Below are positions 1-9,882 of a DNA stretch of 64,000 nucleotides, in pieces. The stretch is taken from assembly GCA_028282885.1 (NCBI GenBank), contig JANQGX010000059.1, positions 64,906 through 128,905 of the forward strand. Direction: 5' to 3'. The DNA is from SAR324 cluster bacterium (GTDB lineage: Bacteria > SAR324 > XYD2-FULL-50-16). Numbering within the stretch: the stretch's first letter is position 1; each line of letters begins with the position of its first letter. Position numbers and translations under genes: made by a program. The notes beneath the pieces are model-generated. The model made no database searches and had not been told where the DNA came from. It saw nothing but the letters and a program-made list of their open reading frames with translations.

Positions 1-780
1 TTTCCCTGTTGTTTGCCGTTCCAGCCCGTCGTCGGATTCAACAATTTTGATAGAGACTTCGGCGCTGTCCTCCACAAAGATAAAAACATCCTTGATGGCA
101 TTGACCCCTTTATCTGTTGTCAGGAGAATATCCCAGGCAGAGTAACAACTTTCAGGATCTATTTCATCAAGCGCGGGGAGAGCCTTTGTATTACCGATGA
201 CAATGCAATCTCCCAGTTCCCTTAACTCATCAATCAGCAACAGGGGATTTGTTCCGAAAGCAAAGATATCGACAGCAGGTTTAAACTTAACACGAAAGGT
301 TTGGGATTCATTGGTGAGCTCTTCTTCCGGGATGAATTTCGGGTCCTCTCTCTCTTCTTCCCCCGGTGTTTTTTGTAGCATATTTAAAAAAGCATTCGAT
401 ATTCCCTCTCTTTTCCGGATTTCATCTACACTTTGTTCAGAGGAATCGAGCATTTTGCCGATTTGATCATGTGCGGCCAATGTCAGTGCGATTAAATCGT
501 CGGTTACGGGAAGAGAGCCATCCCTGACCTGGTCATAAACCGACTCGATATTATGAGTGAAGGATTCGATTTCAGTGAATCCAAACATACCACCCGAACC
601 TTTGATGGTATGGAGAGCCCGAAAGGCTGCTGCGACTAATTCCTGATCGCTGGGATTATTTTCCAGCTCCAGCATAATCTCTTCAAGCTCGTCCAGACGC
701 TCGGCCGCTTCTTCCCTAAAGGCGGCAACTCCACTCTCCTCAAGCTCCTCAGGAGTCAGTTTCGTGTTTTTTTCGTTCAT
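1..780 (-). CDS. cheA: Chemotaxis histidine kinase CheA, N-terminal part (Hpt and P2-like domains); runs off the window start
   Basis: Not in the ORF track because it has no stop in the window. Hand translation from ATG at 780: MNEKNTKLTPEELEESGVAAFREEAAERLDELEEIMLELENNPSDQELVAAAFRALHTIKGSGGMFGF..., with the Hpt HTIKG motif. Follows cheY. Confidence 0.95.
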   Translation of the reverse strand, partial: MNEKNTKLTPEELEESGVAAFREEAAERLDELEEIMLELENNPSDQELVAAAFRALHTIKGSGGMFGFTEIESFTHNIESVYDQVRDGSLPVTDDLIALTLAAHDQIGKMLDSSEQSVDEIRKREGISNAFLNMLQKTPGEEEREDPKFIPEEELTNESQTFRVKFKPAVDIFAFGTNPLLLIDELRELGDCIVIGNTKALPALDEIDPESCYSAWDILLTTDKGVNAIKDVFIFVEDSAEVSIKIVESDDGLERQTTGK

Positions 781-876
781 AAGGTTCCTGATGAAGGGAT
801 ATCATCTGACTTTTTTGACCGAATGTCCTTAGAGTGGAAAATAGAAATTCACCACCTTTGGTTTCTCGGGTGAACA

Positions 877-1242
877 TCATCCCAGCACTTTTTTTACAAC
901 ACCGATTAGCTGTTCCGGTTTGAAAGGTTTCACAATCCATCCCGTTGCACCGGCAGCCTTACCTTCCTGCTTCTTGTCTGATTGTGATTCGGTGGTCAGG
1001 AGGATAATCGGTATAAACTTGAAATCCGGATTGGATCGAACCTCCTTTATCAACTCGATTCCATTCATATTGGGCATATGAAGATCGGTCAGGACCATAT
1101 GCGCAGGAGTTTGTTGCAGTTTGGATAGTGCATCAACCCCGTCAACAGCTTCCACAACCTGATATCCTTCATTTTTAAGTGTAAAGGTGACCATCTGCCT
1201 GATACTGGCGGAGTCATCTACAGTTAAAATGATCTTTTCCAT
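877..1242 (-). CDS. cheY: Chemotaxis response regulator CheY
   Basis: Single receiver domain (ILTVDDSAS, LTDLHMP, GATGWIVKPF) directly upstream of cheA. ATG at 1242 preferred over the ORF-track start. Confidence 0.93.
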   Translation of the reverse strand: MEKIILTVDDSASIRQMVTFTLKNEGYQVVEAVDGVDALSKLQQTPAHMVLTDLHMPNMNGIELIKEVRSNPDFKFIPIILLTTESQSDKKQEGKAAGATGWIVKPFKPEQLIGVVKKVLG

Positions 1243-1318
1243 ATCGACCGTAAGCATTAAGTTTAAAAATCATCGTCATTCAAGTAACCGATAGCGTGAC
1301 TCGATTTTCGATGGTGGA

Positions 1319-2389
1319 TCACTTGCAGATCCTGATCACTTCTCCGGCAATCCTGTTTAAATCCAGAACCTGATCTGCAGCGCCCAGCTTGATGGCTTCA
1401 TTTGGCATCCCAAACACAACACAACTGTTTTCATCCTGGGCAATGGTTACAGCGCCGGATTCCTTCATTTCAAGCAAGCCTTTGGCTCCGTCATCCCCCA
1501 TCCCCGTCATGATTACGCCACAGGCATTTTTGCCCGCATAGCGCGAGGCAGAGCGAAACAACACATCGACAGAGGGACGATGGCGGCTGACGAGCGGACC
1601 ATTTTTTACTTCCACGTAATATCGAGCTCCGCTTCGTTTCAGGAGGGTGTGTTTATTGCCGGGAGCAATAAGGACTCTTCCCCTCACAACGGAATCGTTG
1701 TCGCGGGCTTCCATCACTGTTACCCTGCACATCCCGTTCAGCCGGTTGGCAAAGGCAGTTGTAAAGTTTTCAGGCATATGTTGGACAATGACAGTTCCCG
1801 GGGCATCCGAGGGAAGAGCTTCCAGAAAAACTCTCAGGGCCTCCGTGCCTCCTGTGGAAGCTCCGACAACAACGATCTTTTCGGTAGTCTGAACCATGGC
1901 CTTTGACGTTGATTTCGGTAAAACCGCATCGGCTGTCAGTTTTTTGGTTGGCCGTATTCCCTTTTCGGGCGTATTTCGTTTCTTCGGTTTTGTTTGGGCA
2001 GCAGCTTTGACAACATCACAGATAAGGATTTTCGATTCCTCAAGAAACTGTTTGGTACCCAGTTGTGGCTTATGAATGATATCGACTGCCCCTAATTGCA
2101 GGGCTTTTATGGCCGTTTCCGAACCTTTGTCCGCAAGACTTGAACAGATGACGACAGGAATCGGGTGTTGTGACATCAGTTTCTGCAAAAAGGTAATGCC
2201 GTCCATTCTGGGCATTTCCACATCAAGTGTTATGACATCCGGTTCCACGGAGTGCATTTTTTTTGCCGCAATATAGGGATCCGAAGCCGTACCGATAACG
2301 GAGATTTCCTGATCCGATGACAGGGTGCGTTCCAGGGCCTGCCTGACCACAGCCGAATCATCAACGATAAGCACCTTTATAGGATTCAT
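1319..2389 (-). CDS. cheB: Chemotaxis methylesterase CheB (REC plus methylesterase)
   Basis: [20 protein letters not shown] and MTGMGDDGA motifs after an N-terminal REC domain. Confidence 0.97.
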   Translation of the reverse strand: MNPIKVLIVDDSAVVRQALERTLSSDQEISVIGTASDPYIAAKKMHSVEPDVITLDVEMPRMDGITFLQKLMSQHPIPVVICSSLADKGSETAIKALQLGAVDIIHKPQLGTKQFLEESKILICDVVKAAAQTKPKKRNTPEKGIRPTKKLTADAVLPKSTSKAMVQTTEKIVVVGASTGGTEALRVFLEALPSDAPGTVIVQHMPENFTTAFANRLNGMCRVTVMEARDNDSVVRGRVLIAPGNKHTLLKRSGARYYVEVKNGPLVSRHRPSVDVLFRSASRYAGKNACGVIMTGMGDDGAKGLLEMKESGAVTIAQDENSCVVFGMPNEAIKLGAADQVLDLNRIAGEVIRICK

Positions 2390-2418
2390 TGGTTTGCTCT
2401 TCAAACAAAATGTCCTGA

Positions 2419-3267
2419 CTAGACAGATTTTCTAAAAACGGTTGGAAATACCGGCTCTACCGGAAGACGCATTCCCTGGGTAGACTCTGAATGTCCCTGA
2501 AACAGGTATCCGCCCGGAACCAGACGACTGATTATTTTTCCAAGGATAGCTTCCTGGGTTTCCTTATTAAAATAAATAATGACATTTCTACAGAAAGCGA
2601 TATGGATGTTTTGCTCAATCCCAAAGTCCTTGTCCATCAGATTCAGTTTTCGAAAGGTAACCTTATCCCTGATTTCCGGTGCGATTTTAACGATCGGTTT
2701 TTTATAGTCCCTGCTTTTTAGCAGGTACTTCTTCCTTAAAGCCAGCGGGATCGGATCTATTTGGGAAGTGTGATACACAGCATTTTTGCCCATGGACAAG
2801 ACATTGTCCGAAATATCCGTGGCCAGGATAGAAAAGTTAAACCGGATTTTCGGATTCCTGGATGCAAATTCACTAATTACCATCGCCAGGGTGTAGGCCT
2901 CTTCACCTGAAGAGCATCCTGCACTCCATATTCTCAACTGCCTAATATTATTACCGCTCTGGTTCAGTAATGATGGCAGGATATTCTGTGAAAGACGGGA
3001 GAAATGGTCCGGTTCTCTGAAAAAATCGGTTTTGTTGGTTGTAACCTTGTTAATGAAATGAGGGATTTCTTCTTGTCTTCCCTCGGCACTGAAGAGATAG
3101 TCGCAATACTCCTTATAGTCATTGATCTTGAGTTGTCGGAGTCGCTTCATGAGCCGGGATTCAAGCATTGTTTTCTTGACGGCCGGCATCTTGATCCCGA
3201 ATTCAGATTCGATAAAAGAGCTGAGTCGGTTAAAATCCGATTTTTTCAGGGTCTGCAATCCGATCAT
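2419..3267 (-). CDS. cheR: Chemotaxis methyltransferase CheR
   Basis: [36 protein letters not shown] and GHSES motifs. ATG at 3267 overlaps the STAS stop (TGATG). Confidence 0.96.
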   Translation of the reverse strand: MIGLQTLKKSDFNRLSSFIESEFGIKMPAVKKTMLESRLMKRLRQLKINDYKEYCDYLFSAEGRQEEIPHFINKVTTNKTDFFREPDHFSRLSQNILPSLLNQSGNNIRQLRIWSAGCSSGEEAYTLAMVISEFASRNPKIRFNFSILATDISDNVLSMGKNAVYHTSQIDPIPLALRKKYLLKSRDYKKPIVKIAPEIRDKVTFRKLNLMDKDFGIEQNIHIAFCRNVIIYFNKETQEAILGKIISRLVPGGYLFQGHSESTQGMRLPVEPVFPTVFRKSV

Positions 3268-3590
3268 CAGTCTGCCCCACCAAAACAGAGCCACTTTGTC
3301 CAGGACAGTCCGGCACTTTCAACTGCTTCTCTGAACAATTGCGGGCAGTCGCCTTTCAGGCTAAGCTGCTTGTCCAGTTTTTTTGCCGTCAGGTGAAGTG
3401 CAAAAAGGAGTTGGATGGAAGAGAGATCAAACAACTGTACTTCATCCAGGTCGAGTATACAGTCGTCTGCGGAACTCAGAAATCCGGACAGCACATCCTT
3501 TAACTTGCTGGCATCCTGAATCATCAGATTGCCACCCAGTTTCAGCTCTGCTCTCTGGTTTGTCTCATCGAACTTAATGTCAGTTTCCAT
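3267..3590 (-). CDS. STAS domain protein of the chemotaxis cluster
   Basis: 107 aa with the STAS pattern LKLGGNLMI...LDLDEVQLFDLSSIQLL; lies between cheW and cheR. Confidence 0.85.
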   Translation of the reverse strand: METDIKFDETNQRAELKLGGNLMIQDASKLKDVLSGFLSSADDCILDLDEVQLFDLSSIQLLFALHLTAKKLDKQLSLKGDCPQLFREAVESAGLSWTKWLCFGGAD

Positions 3591-3660
3591 TTTTTGCCGT
3601 TGTCTGTTTCATGCTTTTTAATTGTCCGGATTACCGCCGAAAGGTTCAAGCTTTCCGGGG

Positions 3661-4152
3661 TCAACTGATTTCGGCGGCGTTCTGCAGTATTTCAAGCTCG
3701 TCTAATGTGAAGACTTTTTCGATCTCCAGAATGATAATGAACTCTTCATCGCGTTTGCCCATACCCCGGATCAGTTCGGTATTGAGTCGGGTTCCAATCT
3801 TAGGCGGAGGTTCAACATGCTCATCTTCGAGATCAATAACTTCCTGAACCGAATCTGCCAAAGCCCCAATCAGGGTATTCTCGCCATCCAGCTCCAGTTC
3901 AACGATAACTACACAGGTGTTGACCGTTTTTTGAGTCTCACCCATACCAAACTTCAGTTTCAGGTCAATAACCGGGACCACACTTCCACGGAGATTAATA
4001 ACGCCACGCATCATGTCGGGAGTCTGGGGCACTTTGGTGACCCTGTCAAATTCCAATACCTCCCTGACCTGATCGATGCCCAGGGCAAATACCTCACCTT
4101 CAAGTTTGAAGGTAAGATACTGACCTGCTTGCAGGGTTATAGTTTCATTCAT
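3661..4152 (-). CDS. cheW: Chemotaxis coupling protein CheW
   Basis: QYLTFKL and GVINLRGSVVPVIDL motifs. GAGG RBS before the ATG at 4152. Confidence 0.95.
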   Translation of the reverse strand: MNETITLQAGQYLTFKLEGEVFALGIDQVREVLEFDRVTKVPQTPDMMRGVINLRGSVVPVIDLKLKFGMGETQKTVNTCVVIVELELDGENTLIGALADSVQEVIDLEDEHVEPPPKIGTRLNTELIRGMGKRDEEFIIILEIEKVFTLDELEILQNAAEIS

Positions 4153-4165
4153 GATTATATCCTCA

Positions 4166-6253
4166 TTAATAACGTTCAAACTCACTGTCAGAGAGGTTCA
4201 TGCCGTCATCAAGGTTGATAGCTACCTTGGGATAAGCCTCTTCGGGTTTTTTTCTGCCATTTTCGAGTCGCGGAATATCAGCGACATTCTCTGGCTGTTT
4301 ATGTGAAATCTGACTGAATCCCTGGCGGGAAGAGACAGGCTTTGCTTTACTTACAGGGGGGGCATGTCTGGATGTGCCATTTACTTTGAAATAATCGATT
4401 GAACTCTGAAGTTGTTGAGCCTGGGCGGCCAATTCTTCAGAAGTTGATGCCATCTCTTCGGTAGCACTGGCATTTTGTTGAATCACAGAATCAAGCTGTT
4501 GGATAGCCTTATTGATTTGATCGACGCCGGCATTTTGTTCATTGCTGGCAGCGCTGATCTCCTGGACCAGTTCCGCTGTTTTCTGAATATCGGGTACCAG
4601 TTTCTCCAGCATCTGGCCTGCTCTTTCAGCAACTTCAACACTGTTGGATGATATCTGCGAGATTTCACCGGCTGCAGTTTGACTGCGTTCTGCCAGCTTA
4701 CGAACCTCCGCAGCCACCACTGCGAATCCCTTTCCATGTTCACCGGCCCGTGCTGCTTCAATTGCCGCATTCAGGGCCAGGAGATTGGTATTTCGTGCAA
4801 TTTCCTCAATGATGGATATCTTGGAAGCGATTTCGTTCATGGCACCTACAGCCCTATTAACGGCGGAACCGCTCTCCTTGGCATCCCTGGATGCCTGGAT
4901 GGCGATTTGCTCGGTCTGGCTTGCGTTATCCGCGTTCTGCTGAATGTTGGCGCTCATCTGCTCCATGGAGGAGGTGGTCTCTTCCACCGAAGCCGCCTGT
5001 TCGGTAGCTCCCTGGGACAACTGCTGGGCAGTCGAACTCAGTTGTTCGCTGCCAGCAGTGACATTATCCACTGCCAGCCTGATTTCCCCAACAATAGAGC
5101 TGAGCTTGGACACCATCTGGTTAAGTGCGTGTGCCAGTTCTCCCACCTCATCCTTCTGATCCAGATCCAGTTGATCGGTCAGATCCCCTTCGGACACCAC
5201 CTTTGCAAAACCAACGCCTTTGCCGATGGGACCGGTTATTGCCTTGGCAATAACGATAGCGATAATGATACCGATGACCAGTGCGACAACACAGATAATA
5301 ACAACAACCAGGCGGGTGTTGATTGCTTTGTCCAACATGAGGTCTTCTGAAATGACATTTTGACGGGTTGTATCAATCAGTCCGTCGAGCAGGTTTGCCA
5401 CTTTATCCAGGTTGGGCTGGGTTTCATTGGCAAAAACAGCCCTGGCCTTTTTAGCTCCCTCGAGATCGGATTGGGCTTTTGCCTGAAGCTGCTTGAGATA
5501 ACTTCTGGTCTCTATGAGTGTCTGTGTGGTCTCATTCCGATAGATTACAAAAGCTTCCTCGGTTTTTCCTGCTTTCAAGGCTTCGTCTATCCTGATGGCC
5601 GAATCATGGAGACGTTTGTGAGGCACTTTAATCTCCTCCAGGAGTCTGGCATACTCAGAATCCGAACTGGCCATTTGCCGTCCAACCTCTCCGAAAAGCA
5701 GTTTACCAAAAGCACATTGGGTATGATCCAGTTGAACACCGGTTTTTTCACTCTTACTCAAAATGGCATTCTGGATCTGCTCGGCCCAAGCCAGATGATC
5801 AGTTTCCCTGTTCGCCAGAATAGCGGGAAGCTGTTCGTTTGCCTGGCTAAACACTTCTTTGATTTCAATAGCAGATTCATGGAGTAGGCGATGGGGTTCT
5901 TCTATTGCTGTAAAAAGAGGTTTCAAGGCGGGTATCAGCGCCTCTGCCTTTTTTCTTCCCTCTCCGTAATACCATTTGCCGAATCCGCATTTGCGATAAT
6001 CGGTTTCAACGGTCAATTCAGTGTGTTGATCATCTGTCAGGAGTTTGTTCACTTCACCAGCCCATTTGAGGTGATCCACTTCTCTTTGCAGGAGGATACC
6101 AACCAGCTTGTTTCCTTCTGCGAGTTCCTGGGCATCTGAAACGATACCGTCAATCCCGTTCCAGGCCCAGCCCCCGACGAAAATCATTAAGACAAGAACA
6201 ATTCCGACACCGAGTAGTATCTTTCTTCCAAGTTTCAGGTTTTTCCAGCTCAT
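4166..6253 (-). CDS. Methyl-accepting chemotaxis protein (34H-type) with two CZB-like motifs between TM1 and TM2, HAMP domain and C-terminal EFERY pentapeptide
   Basis: [39 protein letters not shown]-like DHLKW..CGFGKW..HRLLH and DHLAW..CAFGK..HKRLH. AGGAG RBS before the ATG at 6253. Confidence 0.93.
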   Translation of the reverse strand: MSWKNLKLGRKILLGVGIVLVLMIFVGGWAWNGIDGIVSDAQELAEGNKLVGILLQREVDHLKWAGEVNKLLTDDQHTELTVETDYRKCGFGKWYYGEGRKKAEALIPALKPLFTAIEEPHRLLHESAIEIKEVFSQANEQLPAILANRETDHLAWAEQIQNAILSKSEKTGVQLDHTQCAFGKLLFGEVGRQMASSDSEYARLLEEIKVPHKRLHDSAIRIDEALKAGKTEEAFVIYRNETTQTLIETRSYLKQLQAKAQSDLEGAKKARAVFANETQPNLDKVANLLDGLIDTTRQNVISEDLMLDKAINTRLVVVIICVVALVIGIIIAIVIAKAITGPIGKGVGFAKVVSEGDLTDQLDLDQKDEVGELAHALNQMVSKLSSIVGEIRLAVDNVTAGSEQLSSTAQQLSQGATEQAASVEETTSSMEQMSANIQQNADNASQTEQIAIQASRDAKESGSAVNRAVGAMNEIASKISIIEEIARNTNLLALNAAIEAARAGEHGKGFAVVAAEVRKLAERSQTAAGEISQISSNSVEVAERAGQMLEKLVPDIQKTAELVQEISAASNEQNAGVDQINKAIQQLDSVIQQNASATEEMASTSEELAAQAQQLQSSIDYFKVNGTSRHAPPVSKAKPVSSRQGFSQISHKQPENVADIPRLENGRKKPEEAYPKVAINLDDGMNLSDSEFERY

Positions 6254-6342
6254 TGTATCTCCTAATTGTTCTATTGATAGTATTGATTCTCCCCAAACCT
6301 GGATTTCCGGATTTGGGTTTGTGCATAGCTCAGGGGACAAAC

Positions 6343-6358
6343 TACAACAAACGTGCCA
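6343..6358 (-). promoter_or_regulatory. Putative sigma54 -24/-12 promoter for the MCP-cheW-STAS-cheRBYA transcript
   Basis: Minus strand reads TGGCAC-GTTTG-TTGTA (consensus TGGCAC-N5-TTGCW), about 90 bp upstream of the MCP start. Confidence 0.7.
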
Positions 6359-6462
6359 GTGTAGTAATGAGTATGAAAAGCTATTAATAACAAAGTATTT
6401 GGAGATGATCCGATATCAAAGATGATAAATTTGGGTATTCATATCCTCGTTTACTTGATTGT

Positions 6463-6481
6463 TGTCTGAAAAAACTAGACA
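6463..6481. promoter_or_regulatory. Palindromic enhancer-like site TGTCT-N9-AGACA
   Basis: TGTCT gaaaaaact AGACA, about 105-125 bp upstream of the -24 element. The same motif occurs at 12572-12590. Confidence 0.6.
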
Positions 6482-6764
6482 GCTTCTACTATAACCTCCG
6501 GCATCATATCAAACGTCCGGGGAACTTGAGCAATGCTGTAGAACTCCGGAATCTTTCTTATCCGGCCAACTCCCGGAGTGAAAACTGCCTTTTCCGGTAT
6601 TGAGTCCAGCTATTGATCTCATTGTTGAGATTCCGGGTTAATCGGAGCCGTTTCCATGAAATTATCAGACAGTTTTTTCAAAAGTCTGTCAGAAACAGAA
6701 TCCTTTAAAACAAATATCGGCGGAATCCTGTTTCTGTATTTTAGATTGTGGTTTATAGACCAAA

Positions 6765-9647
6765 CTAATAACGCTCAAATTCGGAATCTGAGAGATCAAC
6801 ATTATCGTCCAGGTTTACAGCAACCTTTGGGATGGATTCCATCTTCTTGTTGTGGCTGCTTTCCAGTTGCGGGATTTTTTCTGCGATCGAGGATTTGCCA
6901 TTGGCGGGGTGATTAAAACCTCCTCTAAGCAGTCCTGCATCGGTCCCTTTCAGATGAATTGCTTTATGTTGCTGATTCCCGTTAATCTTGAAAAAATCAA
7001 TAGTACTCTGAAGCTGTTGGGCCTGGGCTGCCAGTTCTTCAGCAGTTGATGCCATCTCCTCGGTAGCACTGGCATTTTGCTGAATAACGGAATCAAGCTG
7101 TTGGATAGCTTTGTTAATCTGGTCCACACCTGAATTCTGTTCATTGCTGGAAGCACTGATTTCCTGGACCAGTTCTGCAGTTTTCTGGATATCCGGAACC
7201 AATTTTTCCAGCATCTTTCCTGCTTTTTCTGCAACATCAACGCTATTGGCAGAAATATTGGAAATCTCTCCTGCCGCATTTTGGCTGCGTTCAGCCAGCC
7301 TTCTGACCTCCGCTGCAACAACCGCAAATCCTTTGCCGTGCTCGCCAGCCCGAGCCGCTTCAATTGCTGCGTTAAGAGCCAGAAGGTTGGTGTTCCGTGC
7401 AATTTCCTCAATAATTGAGATTTTTGTTGCAATTTCATTCATGGCTGAAACTGTCTTATTCACTGCATCACCACTTTCTTTTGCATCTTTTGCGGCCTGA
7501 ATGGCGATTTTTTCTGTTTGATTTGCGTTGTCGGCATTCTGCTGAATATTTGCGCTCATCTCTTCCATTGAAGAGGTAGTCTCTTCCACCGATGCCGCCT
7601 GTTCAGTAGCGCCTTGCGAGAGTTCTTCCGCTGTTGAGCTTAACTGCTGACTGCCCGAAGTGACATTATCTGCGGAGCTTCTGATAGTGCCGACAATATC
7701 CCCTAGTCGATGCATCATCTCTTTCAAAGCTGTCGAAAGCAAACCGATTTCGTCTTTCTGCCGAACATCGATATCTGCTGTGAGATCTCCATCGGAAACC
7801 AGTTGGGCGAGCCGAGTTCCTTTGCCCAGGGGTTTTGAAATGCTCAGGGCAATAAACATGGCAATGCCTCCCACAAGAATCGCAATGATCAGTCCCATCA
7901 CTAAAATGGATATCAGGAGAGCGTTAACAGGTTCCATGATTTCGGCTTCATCAATTTCTGCAAGAAGAGCCCAGGTTTGATCCCAAAGCTTTATTGGTGT
8001 ATAGGCCGATAAAACCGGATTCCCGTTGTAATCAGTTATGATCTCGGAAGAAGTCTCCCCCGACAATGCATTTATGGCGGCTTTTGTATCCACTCCATTG
8101 GCTTTGACTGTGCCCGCGAATGATGCTTTTACAGAGTGACCTGCGGGATCTAGAAAGGAGTCGGAACGCATCAGTTTGTCAGGACCCACAAGATAGGTTT
8201 CTCCTGTTCTGCCCATTCCTTCACGTTCCTGCATGATACTGTTTATGGCATCCAGGGGAAGTTGCAGTGCAATAATCAGCTCAACCCGGTTTTCAGAAAC
8301 AATCGGTTGAGCGATAAAAGCGCACGGTTCATTGTTGCTGGGTGCGTAGGGATGGAAATCAGCAAATCCAAATTTTCGTGTATTCAAGACCTGTTTGACC
8401 AGTTTGCCCAGGTTGGAGGAGGAATACCTTCCGTTCAGCATATTGGTTTGATAGTCCGACTCACGGGTCACCGTGTAAAACACAAATCCATCCGGGTTAA
8501 TCAGAAACAGATCGTAATAACCATACATCTCCTTGTATTTTGCATAAAATTCATTGCCATCGCTGTCAACCGGGCTAAAGGCTTCTGCAACATCAATTTC
8601 TGAAATCATGGCCCAACGAATGCCATCGCCGATTTCAACCGGGGCCCAGGCGGAGAGGACAGGGTTTCCGTTATAATCGATTATCACTTTCTGATCCTCA
8701 TTTCCGGCCAGAGCCGATCGTACCGCTTCGGTGTTAACAGCAGTGTTGTTCTTAAAAGAGGCAACAACGGAGTGACCTTCAGGATCCAGGTAGGAATCGG
8801 AACGCATCAGGCCGTCCTGTCCGACAAGATAGGATTCGCCAGTCTTTCCCATCCCGTGTCGAAGCAGCATGATATCATTGATCTTCTTTAAGGGAATCTG
8901 CAAGGCTGCAAAACCGATCAGCTTGCCTTCATCATCACGCATTTGGGCCATCATAAATGCAGAAGGAATCCCCCCTGATGGTTCATAAGGCATGAAATCA
9001 CCGATGGCAATGTCGTTTGGCCCCATGGACTGCGCTTTTTTAAAGGCAGAACCAAGGCTGCTTCTAACGAGGCTGCTATCAGGAATGGTCACCCCTAGGT
9101 CTGATTCCTTACCCACGGTGTAAACAATATCTCCGTCATGGTGAATCAGGAAAAGATCGTACCAGCCGAACTCTGTCTTTATGTTGTTCAAACGTTGGTC
9201 GTATTTTTTCAGTAACACATTCCAGCGGGAACCCCCGACTCTATCTCCGTCATCTTCAAAAGCTCGGTCGAACTCCACAAGCGCCTGCATGCTATAGGGA
9301 TCATCACGAAAAGACCTTAGTTGAGATTTCAAGGTGGAGATATAATTATTAATATGCGAGTTTTTCAGCTCCTGAATAGCTTCCAGCTTGAGAAATGCCT
9401 CTTTTCTCAGGGTTCCAACCGTTTCAACCAGAACCCCCATGTCTCCTTCCCGTTCAGCAAAGTACTTCTCTACCTGGGCTTTTTTTATCCCCCTCACCGA
9501 CTCCAACTGACCGAAAGACTTATCCAGCAGTGCGTTGCTGGCAAGACGACCACTCCAGAATCCGACGATGATAAGGGGAATAATACCGACCATTAGAAAC
9601 AGGCTGATTAGTTTAGGTTTCATTTTGATATCATTGAGTTTCACCAT
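6765..9647 (-). CDS. Methyl-accepting chemotaxis protein (34H-type) with duplicated Cache-like periplasmic sensor, HAMP domain and EFERY pentapeptide
   Basis: MCP hairpin motif. The block GMG(K/R)TGE(S/T)YLVG..LMRSDS(Y/F)LDP.GHSV.ASF...[10 protein letters not shown] occurs twice. GGAGG RBS. Confidence 0.93.
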   Translation of the reverse strand: MVKLNDIKMKPKLISLFLMVGIIPLIIVGFWSGRLASNALLDKSFGQLESVRGIKKAQVEKYFAEREGDMGVLVETVGTLRKEAFLKLEAIQELKNSHINNYISTLKSQLRSFRDDPYSMQALVEFDRAFEDDGDRVGGSRWNVLLKKYDQRLNNIKTEFGWYDLFLIHHDGDIVYTVGKESDLGVTIPDSSLVRSSLGSAFKKAQSMGPNDIAIGDFMPYEPSGGIPSAFMMAQMRDDEGKLIGFAALQIPLKKINDIMLLRHGMGKTGESYLVGQDGLMRSDSYLDPEGHSVVASFKNNTAVNTEAVRSALAGNEDQKVIIDYNGNPVLSAWAPVEIGDGIRWAMISEIDVAEAFSPVDSDGNEFYAKYKEMYGYYDLFLINPDGFVFYTVTRESDYQTNMLNGRYSSSNLGKLVKQVLNTRKFGFADFHPYAPSNNEPCAFIAQPIVSENRVELIIALQLPLDAINSIMQEREGMGRTGETYLVGPDKLMRSDSFLDPAGHSVKASFAGTVKANGVDTKAAINALSGETSSEIITDYNGNPVLSAYTPIKLWDQTWALLAEIDEAEIMEPVNALLISILVMGLIIAILVGGIAMFIALSISKPLGKGTRLAQLVSDGDLTADIDVRQKDEIGLLSTALKEMMHRLGDIVGTIRSSADNVTSGSQQLSSTAEELSQGATEQAASVEETTSSMEEMSANIQQNADNANQTEKIAIQAAKDAKESGDAVNKTVSAMNEIATKISIIEEIARNTNLLALNAAIEAARAGEHGKGFAVVAAEVRRLAERSQNAAGEISNISANSVDVAEKAGKMLEKLVPDIQKTAELVQEISASSNEQNSGVDQINKAIQQLDSVIQQNASATEEMASTAEELAAQAQQLQSTIDFFKINGNQQHKAIHLKGTDAGLLRGGFNHPANGKSSIAEKIPQLESSHNKKMESIPKVAVNLDDNVDLSDSEFERY

Positions 9648-9728
9648 TTGACCTCCCGGGACTACAGATTGATAAAGAGCGTGATTTAAAGAAATTAATC
9701 AGTTCAGGATTTAACCAATCTCCTGAGA

Positions 9729-9744
9729 CTCAAGATATTTGCCC
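9729..9744 (-). promoter_or_regulatory. Possible weaker sigma54-like promoter upstream of the Cache MCP
   Basis: Minus strand reads GGGCAA-ATATC-TTGAG, with correct spacing but several mismatches. Confidence 0.3.
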
Positions 9745-9882
9745 GTTTATGGGCAAGAGATAAATGTTAATAAACTTAGTCAACTTATAGATTCAAAAAA
9801 GTTCATAATCCGGTGAACGTGAAAAAATAAGGGATATGAACGGGTTTTTGCATAAGGGACCCGGTTTGAAATCCGAAGCAAT

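Noticed and set aside
6254..6340. N-terminal extension of the CZB chemoreceptor
   Set aside because: There is a strong RBS before ATG 6253, and the extension starts upstream of the predicted transcription start.
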